Numbered from the stretch's first letter, positions 13,905 to 25,973 are shown. The stretch: 64,000 nucleotides of DNA from Octopus sinensis (GCF_006345805.1 NC_043015.1:45694001-45758000), one strand, 5' to 3'. Translations and numbers: made by a program. The notes: generated by a model from the letters alone, not told the origin.

Positions 13905-14132
13905 TTAACCCTTTCGTTACTGTATTTATTTTGAGATGCTCTGTGTTTCTTTCAATTACTTTAAATATAACAAAGAATTTAGTAAAATAACTTAGCTTTC
14001 ATTCAGCTAGTGTTAGGAACATAAATTGTGACTAAGGTTTGGTGGAAGATTTCAATTCAAAACTTATGGAAACAAGACATTTGTACTCAGAGCCAGAGCC
14101 GGTTTCAGCCGGGTTAGTAATGAAAGGGTTAA
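13905..14132. mobile_element. piggyBac-type MITE family 1
   Basis: TTAA-CCCTTT ... AAAGGG-TTAA. Confidence 0.85.
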
Positions 14133-14329
14133 AGGGGTAAATTTTGGGTTACTGTCAACTGGACAGGGGTAAAAAATGTCACCCTAAAATTCATATTTGT
14201 AAGTACTGTTAATTTCCATAAGCAATGTGAAATATTTTTTGGGAAAGAGAGAAAACAAGAAAGAGGGAGTGAAAGTGAATGAGAGAGAGAGGGAAACTCA
14301 AGCATAAGTTAGAAGTTGATAACATTGAC

Positions 14330-14556
14330 TTAACCCTTTAGTATTTAAACCGGCCATATCCGGCCAAAATATTTAATCTGTTTTATGTTCAAACTGACCA
14401 GATCCAGGCTTTCACACCTACCCTACAATGTTATTCTACATTAGGTAATTACACCATCGAGATCTTGAAGATATGAGATAATGCATGATTAATTCAAATC
14501 AATGGGAATCAATAAGCATTATGTTTGGTTGAATAATCTGAACACTAAAGGGTTAA
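14330..14556. mobile_element. piggyBac-type MITE family 2
   Basis: TTAA-CCCTTTAG ... CTAAAGGG-TTAA. Confidence 0.85.
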
Positions 14557-15156
14557 GCACTTAACTGGTCCTTATTTTATCACTGATGATAGAAGGATGG
14601 AAGGTGAGGTCAACCTCAATGGGATTTTAATGTGAAAGGGCATATCTAAATACCACAAGGTATTTGTTTTTTTTCTCTCTACCATTCCACTATCTTATGT
14701 TTTTTTTGGCACAAAACAACCACAAATTTGTAGAGGATGTGTGTTGTTGACTGGTATTTACCACTCTACTATTTCTGTCAACACAATACTGTGGGCTATA
14801 TAGTATTTGTTAGAAGCAGCTTATATTTCTTCTTCTTTTCTTCTTACACCATTCACCCGGGGTGGGTTGAGCTGGCTTCATTCATCCTCAATGCTGCATC
14901 TCTCACAAACGCCCAACCAGGCCTGGCGATTTGAGTCTAACGACCGCGTGATCTCCAATCACTCCTTATTCCAGCGGCAAACGCCGTAGATATGGGGGCC
15001 TAGGTTGGGTTCCAGATCAGCCTTGACTGTCATCAGCCAGGTTTTTTGTTGTCCAAAGCTTATATTTGGTGCTAGACTGTAAGGTTTACCATTGGCTTGT
15101 GTTTTCATGAAATCTGTCCTTCATATTTGTTGGAAAATATTGTAGATGGATTATTG

Positions 15157-15482
15157 CAGGGGCTCTCAACCATTTTTTTACCCATGGATCCCTTTGATTA
15201 CTATTTTATTCTGGAGCCCTGCCCCACACCCCATAGCCATTATTTGATGTTTAAAAACTAGTTTTACAGAAACTTCTTTCAAAATTACTATTTTGTTTTT
15301 CCACATATTAACTTGTGTATGTTGAACTATGTTAAACGCTAGAGAAAGAAACCTAGCTGCTTCTTGCAGACATCGAAAGCAAAATTTTTTTCAGGGGGCC
15401 TTTAAAATACTATTGTGGACAATTTACTATTTTGTTGCATGGATCCCCAAAATCTTATATGGAGCCTTGTTGAGAACCACTG
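15157..15482. mobile_element. hAT-type MITE (older)
   Basis: CAGGGGCTCTCAAC ... GTTGAGAACCACTG; degenerate 8-bp TSD GATTATTG / AATTATGG. Confidence 0.7.
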
Positions 15483-15802
15483 AATTATGGCAATAGTGAA
15501 TCACTAACTAGAAGGTACTATTACATTAGTGTCTCATTTAACTGAACTGCAAACAGTTTTTTCTTCTAATTTGTGGTTGAGTATCTCTCTCCTCTCTCTC
15601 CCCCCGGTATGTGTTTATATATTATTCTTTCTTGTTCCTCCTTCATTATCAAAGATGACTTAGGCTCAGTATTGACTTTTATGTCTGATCTAACAGTTCT
15701 GAATCCTCTCCCACCCACATGTGGGGCTTGTATGGGAAGGTGTGGTACTTGGGGTACTAGTACCTCCAGCTTTGTGAAATGTGCACTTTTCCTTATCTTT
15801 AG

Positions 15803-15912
15803 AAAGCAGCGGAAATATAACAAAAGCTGTTACTCAGAGTTTCGCGTTTCCGATGATAAACAGGAACGTGAGACTCTTGAGTAACAACTTTTGTTATATT
15901 TCTACTGCTTTT
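15803..15912. repeat. foldback inverted repeat (about 50-bp arms)
   Basis: AAAGCAGCGGAAATATAACAAAAGCTGTTACTCAGAG pairs with CTCTTGAGTAACAACTTTTGTTATATTTCTACTGCTTT. Confidence 0.85.
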
Positions 15913-15925
15913 AAATAAAGTATAT

Positions 15926-16340
15926 ATCATCATCATCGTTTAGCATCTGCTTTCCATGCTGGCATGGGTTGGACGGTTCAACTGGGGTCTGGGAAGCCAG
16001 AAGGCTGCACCAGGCCCAGTCTGATCTGGCAATGTTTCTACAGCTGGATGCCCTTCCTAACGCCAACCACTCCATGAGTGTAGTGGGTGCTTTTTATGTG
16101 CCAGACCAGGCTGGCAAACGGCCACGATCGGATGGTGCTTTTTACGTGCCACCGGCACGGGGGCCAGGCGAGGCTGGCAACGGCCACGAACGGATGGTGC
16201 TTTTTACGTGCCACTGGCACTGGTATCACAGCTGCAATTTCCATTGATGTTGATAGATTTCGATTCTCACTTGCCTCAACAGGTCTTCACAAGTAGAGTT
16301 TTGTGTCCCAAGAAGGAAAGGTATGCATAAGTGGACTGGC
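15926..16340 (-). mobile_element. RTE LINE 3' UTR fragment
   Basis: (GAT)n tail next to (TA)n; family body. Confidence 0.75.
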
Positions 16341-16345
16341 GGCGA

Positions 16346-16634
16346 AAGGCGGCGAGCTGGCAGAAAGGCGGCGAGCTGGCAGAAAGGCGGCGAGCTGGCA
16401 GATAAGGCGGCGAGCTGGCAGAAACGTTAGCACGTCGGGCGAAATGCGTAGCCGTATTTCGTCTGCCGTTACGTCCTGAGTTCAAATTCCGCCGAGGTCG
16501 ACTTTGCCTTTCATCCTTTCGGGGTCGATTAAATAAGTACCAGTTACCTACTGGGGTCGATGTAATCGACTTAATCCGTTTGTCTGTCCTTGTTTGTCCC
16601 CTCTGTGTTTAGCCCCTTGTGGGTAGTAAAGAAA
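16346..16634 (+). mobile_element. SINE family B with four-fold reiterated 5' A-box unit
   Basis: AAGGCGGCGAGCTGGCAGA x4, then the normal body and tail. Confidence 0.9.
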
Positions 16635-16740
16635 TATATATATATATATATATATATATAGAAACCATTCTTAATCCAAACAAGAAGAAATGAGGTTGAA
16701 AATGCACATAGAATATATGAGGATTAATTTATATTTTAAA

Positions 16741-16788
<48 letters not shown>

Positions 16789-17567
16789 TTGCTGGTTTCA
16801 CACTTGATTTTCAAAAGTCCATGTTATGTGGAGCTGCATTGCAAGTTGTCTTTTTCTGGCTGTTGTAAAAAATTGTTTGTTTTTATAGAAAGAATGTTAA
16901 TTGGCTTCTGTTATAGGAGTAAAAAATCTTTCATTTTCATCAGTAACTAAGTTTCCTCATTTACCTCAAGTCATGGAGTGGGGGGCGTGGTGTTTGCGAG
17001 TGCTGCCACTATTCACAGCGCACAAATATTATTCTCCCTGTCTCGATGTGTGTGTGTGTGTGTATGTGGTAATGACTTTAGTGTAAAATTCCAATAAATG
17101 ATATAACATCAAAAAAGGGGAGCAAGAAGACACGGGGGTATCCAGTCTCTTTTATTGATGAAAAAAATTGGGTCAGTCATAAACTGTTACATATCACATC
17201 ATCTTCTACTCTTTTAAGTTCTTGGTGATCACTCTCTCAACTACTGTCTTCTGATGATGGCTTCAGTCTGGTAACACACATCCTTTTGTTTTCATTAAAT
17301 TATTTGTTAATGTTATTCGGTTCAAATTCATCATCACCATCGTTTTAACATCCACTTCTCCGTGCTTGCATGGGTTGGAGGGAGTTGTGTTGAAGCAGAT
17401 TTTCTATGGCTGGATGCCCTTCCCGTTGCCGACCCTCACCTGTTTCCAAGTAAGGTAATGCTCCCCGCTGGCCTGATGTATTTTCATGTAAAACTGGAAG
17501 CAAAGGGCACTGCCTGTACGACGGTGACAGTTGTTTACAACAGCCACAGTCTCAAGACAAGGAGACA

Positions 17568-17870
17568 CCTATTTCTTTACTACCCACAAGGGGCTGAACA
17601 CAGAGAGGACAAACAAGGACAGACAAACGGATTAAGTCGATTATATCGACCCCAGTGCATAACTGGTATTTATTTAATCAACCATGAAAGGGTGAAAGGC
17701 AAAGTCCACCTCGGCGGAATTTGAACTCAGAACGTAGCGGCAGACGAAATACCTATTTCTTTACTACCCACAAGGGGTTAAACAAGGACAGACAAACGGA
17801 TAAAGTCGATTATATCAACTCCAGAACGTAGTGGCAGACGAAATACCGCTAAGCATTTCGGCGTGCTAAC
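17568..17870 (-). mobile_element. SINE family B head-to-tail dimer
   Basis: 184-bp period; junction GACGAAATA|CCTATTTCTTT at 17752. Confidence 0.85.
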
Positions 17871-18224
17871 ATTACCAACTCTCTCCCTCACACACACACA
17901 CACACACACACAGAGGACAGGCTTCTTTCAATTTCCATCTGCCAAATCAGCTCATATAGTTTTGGTCAACCATGGCTAAGAAGAAGACACTTGCGCAAGG
18001 TTCCACACAGTGGGGTTGAACCCAGAACCCAGAACCCAGTGGTTGCAGTTGTTTTATTTCTCGCATTAGCCAGTTCTCTTTCCGTTTTCTTCTTACTCTC
18101 TATTATTTCTCTCTCTCATGCTTATGTGCATCCATGCAAACAAATTCACATGTCTAATTTTATAATAAAGGATGGCAATATCTATCTCGCTAGTCTCTTT
18201 CTTCATCTCTCTACCTCTCGCTTA

Positions 18225-18611
18225 TTAGCTCTTTACTCTCTTTGCTTGTTTCAGTCATTTGACTGTGGCCATGCTGGAGCACCGCCTTTAGTCGAGCAAA
18301 TCGACCCCAGGACTTTGTAAGCCTAGTACTTATTCTATCGGTCTCTTTTGCCAAACCGCTAATGTATGGGGACGTAAACACACCAGCACCGGTTGTCAAG
18401 TGATGTTGGGGGGAACAAACACACACACACACATATATATACATATATACAACGGGCTTCTTTCAGTTTCCGTTTACCAAATCCACTCACAAGGCTTTGG
18501 TCGGTCCGAGGCTATAGTAGGGGACACTTGCCCAAGGTGCCACGCAGTGGGACTGAACCCGGAACTATGTGGTTGGCAAGCAAGCTACTTACCACACAGC
18601 CACTCCTGTGC
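18225..18611 (-). mobile_element. SINE family A
   Basis: Full-length copy. Confidence 0.9.
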
Positions 18612-18637
18612 CTTTCCTATGGTGGTTAGCATCTACA

Positions 18638-18871
18638 AGGCGGCAAGCTGGCAGAAACGTTAGCACGCTGGGCGAAATGTTTAGCGGTATTTCGTCTGCC
18701 GTTACATTTCTGAGTTCAAATTCCACCAAGGTCGACTTTGCCTTTCATCCTTTCGGGGTTGATAAATTAAGTACCAGTTATGCACTGGGGTCGATGTAAT
18801 CGACTTAATCCGTCTGTCTGTCCTTGTTTGTCCTCTCTGTGTTTAGCCCCTTGTGGGTAGTAAAGAAATAG
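18638..18871 (+). mobile_element. SINE family B
   Basis: Full-length copy. Confidence 0.9.
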
Positions 18872-19159
18872 AGTAGCATCTACAAAATTATATTCTCTTC
18901 TAGTAGTAGTACATCAACAGGCACACAGAACACATAAAATTATATATATGGGTGCTTTCAAGCCCTCCTCCTTGTTCTGTATTGTCACAAGACAACAGTA
19001 TAATGAATTACTGCTAAGGTGGTTAGCACTAATCAAATGATACTAAGTTAGTTGAAACCACTAATTTAAGACAAGGTTAAACAAACAGCCTCACTGCGGT
19101 GCTTATAATGTTGATGTTTTACTTCCTTTGTCTCGTTTCTCTGGTACAGCAGATCTTAG

Positions 19160-19350
19160 CTTTATTGATCTTTATATATATATTTCTTTATTGCCCACAA
19201 GGGGCTAAACATTGAGGGGACAAACAAGGACAGACAGAGGGATGATTAAATTGATTACATCGACCCCAGTGCGTTACTGGTATTTAATTTATCGACCCTG
19301 AAAGGATGAAAGGCAAAGTTGACCTCGGCGGAATTTGAACTCGCAACGTA
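19160..19350 (-). mobile_element. SINE family B, headless
   Basis: Tail and body up to the B box. Confidence 0.8.
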
Positions 19351-19534
19351 AGGAGTTGGCATGGTTTCCTGCTGTTTTGCACACCTTGGGCAAATGTCTG
19401 CTACTGTAACCCCCAGATTGACCAAAGTCTTGTGTGTGGATTTTGTTGACAGAAACTTGAAAGGGCCTCATCGTGTGTGTGTGTGTGTGTGTGTGTGCAC
19501 ATGCCTTTGTTCTGACATTATGTGATGTTTGTAC

Positions 19535-19796
19535 CAGGGCTTTGGAGTCAGAAACTATTAAGGGGTAGCTGGAGTTGGAGTCGGTAAAATTATATCGACT
19601 CTGACTCAGAATATTTTTATTATTAATATAAACCAGTTATAACATATAGCTCTACTCAGAGTACAAGTGTATATATATATGCTTTGAGATATGTAGACCA
19701 TACTAATTTAATTACATAAAGAGGAGTCAGTCAGTCAGAGGTGCCAATAGTAGAGGGGTCAGAGTTGAAGTTTTTTGCTTTGATTACACAGTCCTG
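19535..19796. mobile_element. hAT-type MITE
   Basis: CAGGGCTTTGGAGTC ... ACACAGTCCTG with a perfect 8-bp TSD GTTTGTAC. Confidence 0.85.
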
Positions 19797-19804
19797 GTTT
19801 GTAC

Positions 19805-20135
19805 GGCGGCAAGCTGGCAGAATTGTTAGCACGTTGGATGAAATGCTTGGCGGTATTTCACCTGCCGTTACATTCTGAGTTCAAATTTCGCCAAGGTCGA
19901 CTTTGCCTTCCATCCTTTTGGGGTCGATTAAATAAGTACCAGTTACACACTGGGGTCGATATAATCGACTTAATCCGTTTGTCTGTCCTTGTTTGTCCTC
20001 TCTGTGTTTAGCCCCTTGTGGGTAGTAGAGAAATATGTATTTTGCCTGTCGTCACATTCTGAGTTCAAATTCCACCGAGGTCAACTTTACTTTTCATCCT
20101 TTCAGGGTCGATAAATTATGTATCAGTTGAGTACT
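19805..20135 (+). mobile_element. SINE family B head-to-tail dimer
   Basis: Full copy, then the tail joins back to the internal GTATTT(C/T)G(T/C)CTG position at about 20036. Confidence 0.85.
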
Positions 20136-21050
20136 GAGATCGATCTAATCGACTATTCCCCTCCCCTCAATTTTAGGCCTCATGCCTATAGCAGAAAGGA
20201 CTATGTGATGTTTGTAAACATGCATTACTATCATACAAACGATGTATCATTTCCAGTCTTCCATGAAGAAAGCAACAAAAAGAACATGTCTGGCTCTGGG
20301 AAATATTACCTTGCTTGGAAATAAGTGAGGGTTGGTGACAGGAAAGGCATTCAGCCATATAAATTCTGTCCGACCCGTGCAAGGATAGAAAAGTGGATAT
20401 TAAATGGTGTGGATGATGATGATAGTCTCCTCATTGCTTTTACGTCTGTTTTTTTTTCTGTGTGGGCATGGGTTGGGTGAGACTTATTGAAGCATATTTT
20501 ATGACTGATCCCCTTCTTGTTCTTGGCCCTTGTATCTTAGCGGTTCGGCAAAAGAGACCGATAGAATAAGTACTAGGCTTCCAAAGAATAAGTCTTGGGG
20601 TCGATTTGCTCGACTAAAGGCGGTGCTCCAGCATGGCCGCAGTCAAATGACTGAAACAAGTAAAAAGAGTAAAATGAGAGTAAAGAGCATAAAAGATGCA
20701 CGGGTGTATTAAATACACCAAAAGGTTTTTAGTTCATTATGGGACCCGTAATGATATTTTTTGAGACTTTTTTTTTTTTCATAAAAATAAAAAAAAATTG
20801 CATCTTATATGCTATCAAACACAGTAAAACCACATGTTTGTTTAATGAACTTTGTCAACACAGATACAGATTAATTAAGGAACAATAACTGTTGCAATTA
20901 ATAAGCCCTTGGTTATTTGTTTAGAGGAGTAACTTCCCATGTTTTAAATGTACCTCCCCCTCTCTATTTCCAGTTTTGATGTGTTAATAATGATTGTGTA
21001 AACGTTCTTTAAAATACATTTTCTCATAGTATTCATCTTAGAATTTACTC

Positions 21051-21455
21051 GGATCTTTTCGGTTTGAACGGCATTTTCTTCTAGCGGTGTCATATGAAAT
21101 TGTCACCCATAATTATGACCCTAGTATCGATCTATTGCATTTCAATCTGTTTTAGGGTTAGGGGTGGGGGGAAGGGTATCTTTTTTTCTTCACAAATGTA
21201 AATAAACCCAATCTGTTTCTTAAACGAGGGACATATTCATACGGCACAGAATGTTTTTTTTACCTCAATGGACGTCACTGATTGGTTGAAATTGAAGAAA
21301 AAACAACAACAAATATCTTACAAACTATAGAATTTTCTCAATAAAGCCAAGAGAAAAAGATGTTTTATAAACACATTCTACCAGTATACGAAGTTTAAAA
21401 TTTTTTAGTTACCTAGAAATTATGTTAAAAACTGCTGTTCAAACCGAAAAGATCC
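21051..21455. mobile_element. TIR element (superfamily unassigned)
   Basis: GGATCTTTTCGGTTTGAACGGCA ... TGCTGTTCAAACCGAAAAGATCC; no clear TSD. Confidence 0.75.
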
Positions 21456-21517
21456 ATTTATTCTTTCCCAGTGTCTTAATTCTTTCTTTTTTTCTTTCTT
21501 TCTTCTGTTTGAAATAG

Positions 21518-21609
21518 CTTCTGACCTTCTCATTGATCTGCATGTTCACTTACTCCGACGTATTGGTAAGAAGGTAAACACAGAAAAATGGCAACGCAGC
21601 ATAGTAAAG
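21518..21609 (+). CDS. RSF1: RSF1 coding exon (first detected; DDT-region, xSDLLIDLHVHLLRRIGKKVNTEKWQRSIVK)
   Basis: Pyrimidine tract then AG at 21516-17; GT donor at 21610; 92 bp, phase 1 to 0. Translation matches the recalled RSF1 N-terminal motif (ELHLKLMRKIGKSVTADRWEKYLIK). Confidence 0.9.
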
Positions 21610-21654
21610 GTATGTGCTTAATTTTATATTTTGAGTAATTATAGAAAATTGAGA

Positions 21655-22047
21655 GCAGGCGTTGGAGTGGCTGTGTGGTAAGTAGCTTGCTTACCAACCA
21701 CATGGTTCCGGGTTCAGTCCCGCTACGTGGCACCTTGGTGGGCAAGTGTCTTCTACTGTAGCCTCGGGCCGACCAAAGCCTTGTGAGTGGATTTGGTAGA
21801 CGGAAACTGAAAGAAGCCTGTCGTATATATGTATGTGTGTGTATGTTTGTGTGTCTGTGTTTGTCCCCCAACATCGCTTGACAACCAATGCTGGTGTGTT
21901 TACATTCCTGTAACTTAACGGTTCGACAAAAGAGACCGATAGAATAAGTACTAGGCTTACAAAGAATGAGTCCTGGGGTCGATTTGCTCGACTAAAGGCG
22001 GTGCTCCAGCATGGCCACAGTCAAATGACTGAAACAAGTAAAAGAGT
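21655..22047 (+). mobile_element. SINE family A
   Basis: Full-length copy starting about 45 bp after the exon 21518-21609 donor. Confidence 0.9.
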
Positions 22048-22154
22048 TATCTTTTCTGCTTGTATAATTGACTTGTCAGATAAATTCGTTTTCTTCCTAC
22101 TTGGCACTATGACAATGAAGTGCCAACAAGGAAAAAAAAACGAATTTATCTGAT

Positions 22155-22343
22155 GCAGGAGGAAAGAGTGAGAGAAAGTTGTGGTGAAAGAGTTAGCAGA
22201 AGTTCACCATTACCTTCTGCCACAGCCGCGTGGAGCTTAGATGTTTCGCTCATAAACACACACATCGCCTGGTCTGAGATTTGAACCTGCGATCCCTCGA
22301 CCGCGAGTCCGCTGCTTTAACCACTAGGCCATGTGCCTCCACG
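22155..22343 (-). mobile_element. tRNA-derived SINE family C (5' part)
   Basis: Minus strand reads GGAGGCACATGGCCTAGTGGTTAAAGCAGCGGACTCGCGG...GGTTCAAATCTC, then a body shared with 44105-44523. Confidence 0.8.
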
Positions 22344-22396
22344 CCACTGAATTTAGGATGTTTATATTACCTATGTGGTATTCTATATTTTTCAGC

Positions 22397-22805
22397 TAGG
22401 CGCAGGAGTGGCTGTGTGGTAAGTAGCTTGCTAACCAACCACATGGTTCCGGGTACAGTCCCACTGCGTGGCATCTTGGGCAAGTGTCTTCTGCTATAGC
22501 CCCGGGTCGACCATTGCCTTCTGAGTGGATTTGGTAGACGGAAACTGAAAGAAGCCTGTCGTATATATGTATATATATATGTGTGTGTGTGTGTTTGTGT
22601 GTCTGTGTTTGTCCCCCTAGCATTGCTTGACAACCGATGCTGGTGTGTTTACGTCCCCGTTACTTAGCGGTTCGGCAAAAGAGACCGATAGAATAAGTAC
22701 TGGGCTTACAAAGAATAAGCCCCGGGGTCGAATTGCTCGACTAAATGTGGTGCTCCAGCATGGCCGCAGTCAAATGACTGAAACAAGTAAAAGAGTAAAT
22801 GAGTA
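22397..22805 (+). mobile_element. SINE family A
   Basis: Full-length copy. Confidence 0.9.
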
Positions 22806-23289
22806 AGAGTGTAGTTGGTTCTCAAGTGGGGTGGTACAAACCTAGCAATATGTGTTTTATAGTGAAAACAATATTTCCAATCAAATGGCAATTACTGGAT
22901 GATTTCTGTTTGAGTCTAACTGTTTTAAGCCATTGTGGAAACGCAACCTATGTTGCAAATAGGCATACGAATATTGTATAAATTTTATTATTGAAAAATT
23001 TATTAAATTTTGCACATACGAGCATATCGTCCTGCAGACACAATAAAATGTGCTAGCAGGTGCTTCCCCATCCGGGACCTAAATGAAACGCAGTCCAGTT
23101 TTGTGCTATTACTTTCTTTCTTTCTTTTTATTTTGTTTTCTACCCACCACATTCATTCTTTCATCTCTCTCACTCTGTTGCTCATTATTTTCTTCTGGTC
23201 ACTCACTCCGTCGTGTTTGCTTTGAAAGAGCAAAGATAGCATAGAGAAGAGAAGATACTTTAGTGTTTCTAGGGGCAGGGCAGTCTGCA

Positions 23290-23552
23290 TGGCACTTTGG
23301 GAAAGTGTCTTCTGCTATAGCCTCGGGCCGACCAAAGCCTTGTGAGTGGATTTGGTAGACGGAAACTGAAAGAAGCCTGTCGTATATATGTATATATATA
23401 TGTGTGTGTTTGTCCCCCCAACATCGCTTGCCAACCAATGCTGGTGTGTTTACGTCCCCGTAACTTAGCGGTTCGGCAAAAGAGCCTGATAGAATAAGTA
23501 CTAGGCTTCCAAAAAATAAGTCCTGGGGTCGATTTGCTCGACTAAAGGCGGT
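23290..23552 (+). mobile_element. SINE family A, partial
   Basis: Lacks the head; body intact. Confidence 0.85.
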
Positions 23553-23870
23553 AAAAGAGAAAGAGAGAGTATCATCATCAGAAATACTGCCCTTCAGGTG
23601 GTTTTTTTGCTAGTTATTACAATTCAAGTGGTAGATTGGCAGAATTGGACAATATACCTTATGGTATTTCTCCCAGCCCTTTCTGTTCACAGTTTAGATC
23701 CTTCGATGGGTAACCTGGCAGGATTTGAGCTCAGATCTGCTGCTAAGCAATCAATTTTAGCCATTCTTATACACTTTCACAGTCTTGTAACAATGTTCAA
23801 AATCACTTATGTATCATGTAGTATTTATATTTTTAATCATTATTAAAAAAAAATTTTTTATTTGTTACAG

Positions 23871-23963
23871 TTTTGCCATTACTTTGATAATGCTGATGCA
23901 TGGGAAATTGAACAAAATGGTTATGAAAATGTCAAAGTCAGCACCAAATTAAAAATCTTAAAG
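23871..23963 (+). CDS. RSF1: RSF1 coding exon (FCHYFDNADAWEIEQNGYENVKVSTKLKILK)
   Basis: ttacag/ ... /gtatgt, 93 bp, phase 0-0. Matches the recalled RSF1 AWEME..GY....KL.LLK motif. Confidence 0.92.
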
Positions 23964-24349
23964 GTATGTTTTTTGACTCCCATTTTAGAACATTACATAT
24001 GCACCATCTCTACTATAATGACCACTGCTCCTCCAAACTGGTAGGCTTCAAGCAGTCTCTACTCAGGTACTTCTGTCTTTTTCTCTTCTCCTCTCATCAC
24101 CTCTGTTGTGTTGAACACTCTTGGTCCCCCACTAACCAATATTCCTGATCCTTTTTTCCTAGAATCTGTGCCCCCTCGCATTCCTGCTTTGCTCAAGATG
24201 TTTTCTGTATCATCAGCTTAAAAAATTTTATATCAGAATGCTCACAACACCAGACGCACTTGTCTCAGAAGGCCTGCGGAAACCATGGGGCCAGACGACT
24301 TTCTCTACACTAAACAAATACAATAAATAAAAAAAATATCCTCTGGAAC

Positions 24350-24765
24350 TTAGTTAAGTTAAGTTAATTTTTTGGCTCAAAAAGCAAAAAGCACGGCCAT
24401 GTAGGGGGACGTGGAGTTATGTACAGGGAGGGTGTTCATGCAATGAGTTCAGGCCATTTCTGGCCAAGAGAGACTTTGAACTGAACGGTCGTCGGCATCT
24501 TCACTATCTCGTCTGGCAGCTTATTCCACGGATCTGCAACCCGGACGGAGAAAGCCCCTCTCCTTCGATTGAGATGAAATTGTCGCAGATAGAGCTTTTC
24601 GGAGTGACCCCGCAGCCGACGCTCTGGAGCAAGAGTGAAGAACAGCTCTTTCGAGAGGTTACACTTTCCGCTTATGATGTTGTGAGCAAGAATGAGATCA
24701 CCACGGCGTCGTTTTTCTAGAGAATAAAGGTCGAGCGTCTTCAGCCTTTCTTCATAAGACAAATG
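24350..24765 (-). mobile_element. CR1-clade LINE 3' fragment
   Basis: ORF 24436-24762: YEERLKTLDLYSLEKRRRRGDLI...LRGHSEKL...FSVRVADPWNKLP; (TTAAC)n tail. Confidence 0.88.
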
Positions 24766-24826
24766 CTTGAGACCAAGAACGCCAATATACTAAATGTTTC
24801 AGATAAGTTCCTAATAAGATAATGTT

Positions 24827-25048
24827 TTAATCCTTTAGCATTCAGATTTCTCTGTTAAATGTAATGCTTATTTATTCATGAATTAATCATGCATTATTTC
24901 ATAGCTTTGAGGTTTCTATGACGTGATTGTTTATGTTTATTTTTAAAATGACAATGTAGGGTAGGTGTGAGAGGCTGGATCTGGCCAATTTGAACATAAA
25001 ACAGGTAGAATATTTAGGCTATGACTGGTTTAAGTGTGAAAAGGTTAA
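24827..25048. mobile_element. piggyBac-type MITE family 2 (reverse orientation)
   Basis: TTAA at both ends; body is the reverse complement of 14330-14556. Confidence 0.75.
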
Positions 25049-25329
25049 AGTTATTTATTTCCATTCTTAAGAGATGGGGAAAAAAGATATTTATATCTAC
25101 ATTTAAGTTTTTTTTATATATTTTAAAAATAGGATTAATAATCCAAAAAAAAAAAACGACCATCTTACTAATTACAGAATTTTTTGTGCACAAGACAAAA
25201 ATATGAAATGTAATTTTAACCTTTTTTGATGCGAAACTGGGTATTTTCTAGTTTAAAGTGTTTGTATCTTAAGACTTTCCATCATGATTTTATTTAAAAG
25301 TCTCTTCTACATTTCAAACAATAGATTTT

Positions 25330-25620
25330 CCGATTGCATGCAAATGGTTGCAGGCAGTTTTCTGGCTAACTTTTGCCAGTTCTCAAGTTGTTTCTTGATG
25401 ACAGATGAGCGTCCACTACACTCACGATTTTCAAGGCTCAGGCCTCCACTGTGAAATCATTTAAACCCTTTTCGAGATGACCACTTGCTGGTCATTTCCT
25501 CACCAAACATTTCATTGATATTGCAAGCAATTTCAGCTGCTTTACATCCTTTTATGAAGTTGAATAGCAAAATTGCTCGAATATCGTGCTTTGACAGTTC
25601 TATTTCAGATGATTGTAACA
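25330..25620 (-). pseudogene. mariner transposase N-terminal HTH remnant
   Basis: KHDIRAILLFNFIKGCKAAEIACNINEMFGEE...F.SGGLSLENRECSGRSSV, interrupted by a stop codon. Confidence 0.8.
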
Positions 25621-25973
25621 ATGGCGAAAAAAATATCAATGTTAATTTATTGATGCATTTGGGTACATCTATGTCCATATTATCAGACAATTGCAAAAAA
25701 AAAAAATTTTTTTAAATTCAAAACTCTGCAAAAATTTGGTACAAGTTCTTCACGGTTCAAAATGTTGCTTACTTTTTATTCAACCTGATATGATCACAAA
25801 AGACTTAAATGAACAATAGATATGATCAGCGGTATATTTTTCATCAGTTTTGCATAAAGTTTTATGAATAATGATTTTTTATTTACCTCTTTATATATAT
25901 ATATATGTATATATCTATATATACACATACACATTATATATATATACATATTTCTATATTTAACAATTGACAG

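Noticed and set aside
17240-17285. CTGATGA motif as another hammerhead core
   Set aside because: No downstream stem II-GAAA arrangement and no stem I pairing.
22270-22343. tRNA-like sequence on the minus strand (also the SINE heads at 5026, 13311, 40592 and elsewhere)
   Set aside because: No 3' acceptor-stem complement or terminator, and it runs directly into a SINE body; these are SINE heads, not tRNA genes.
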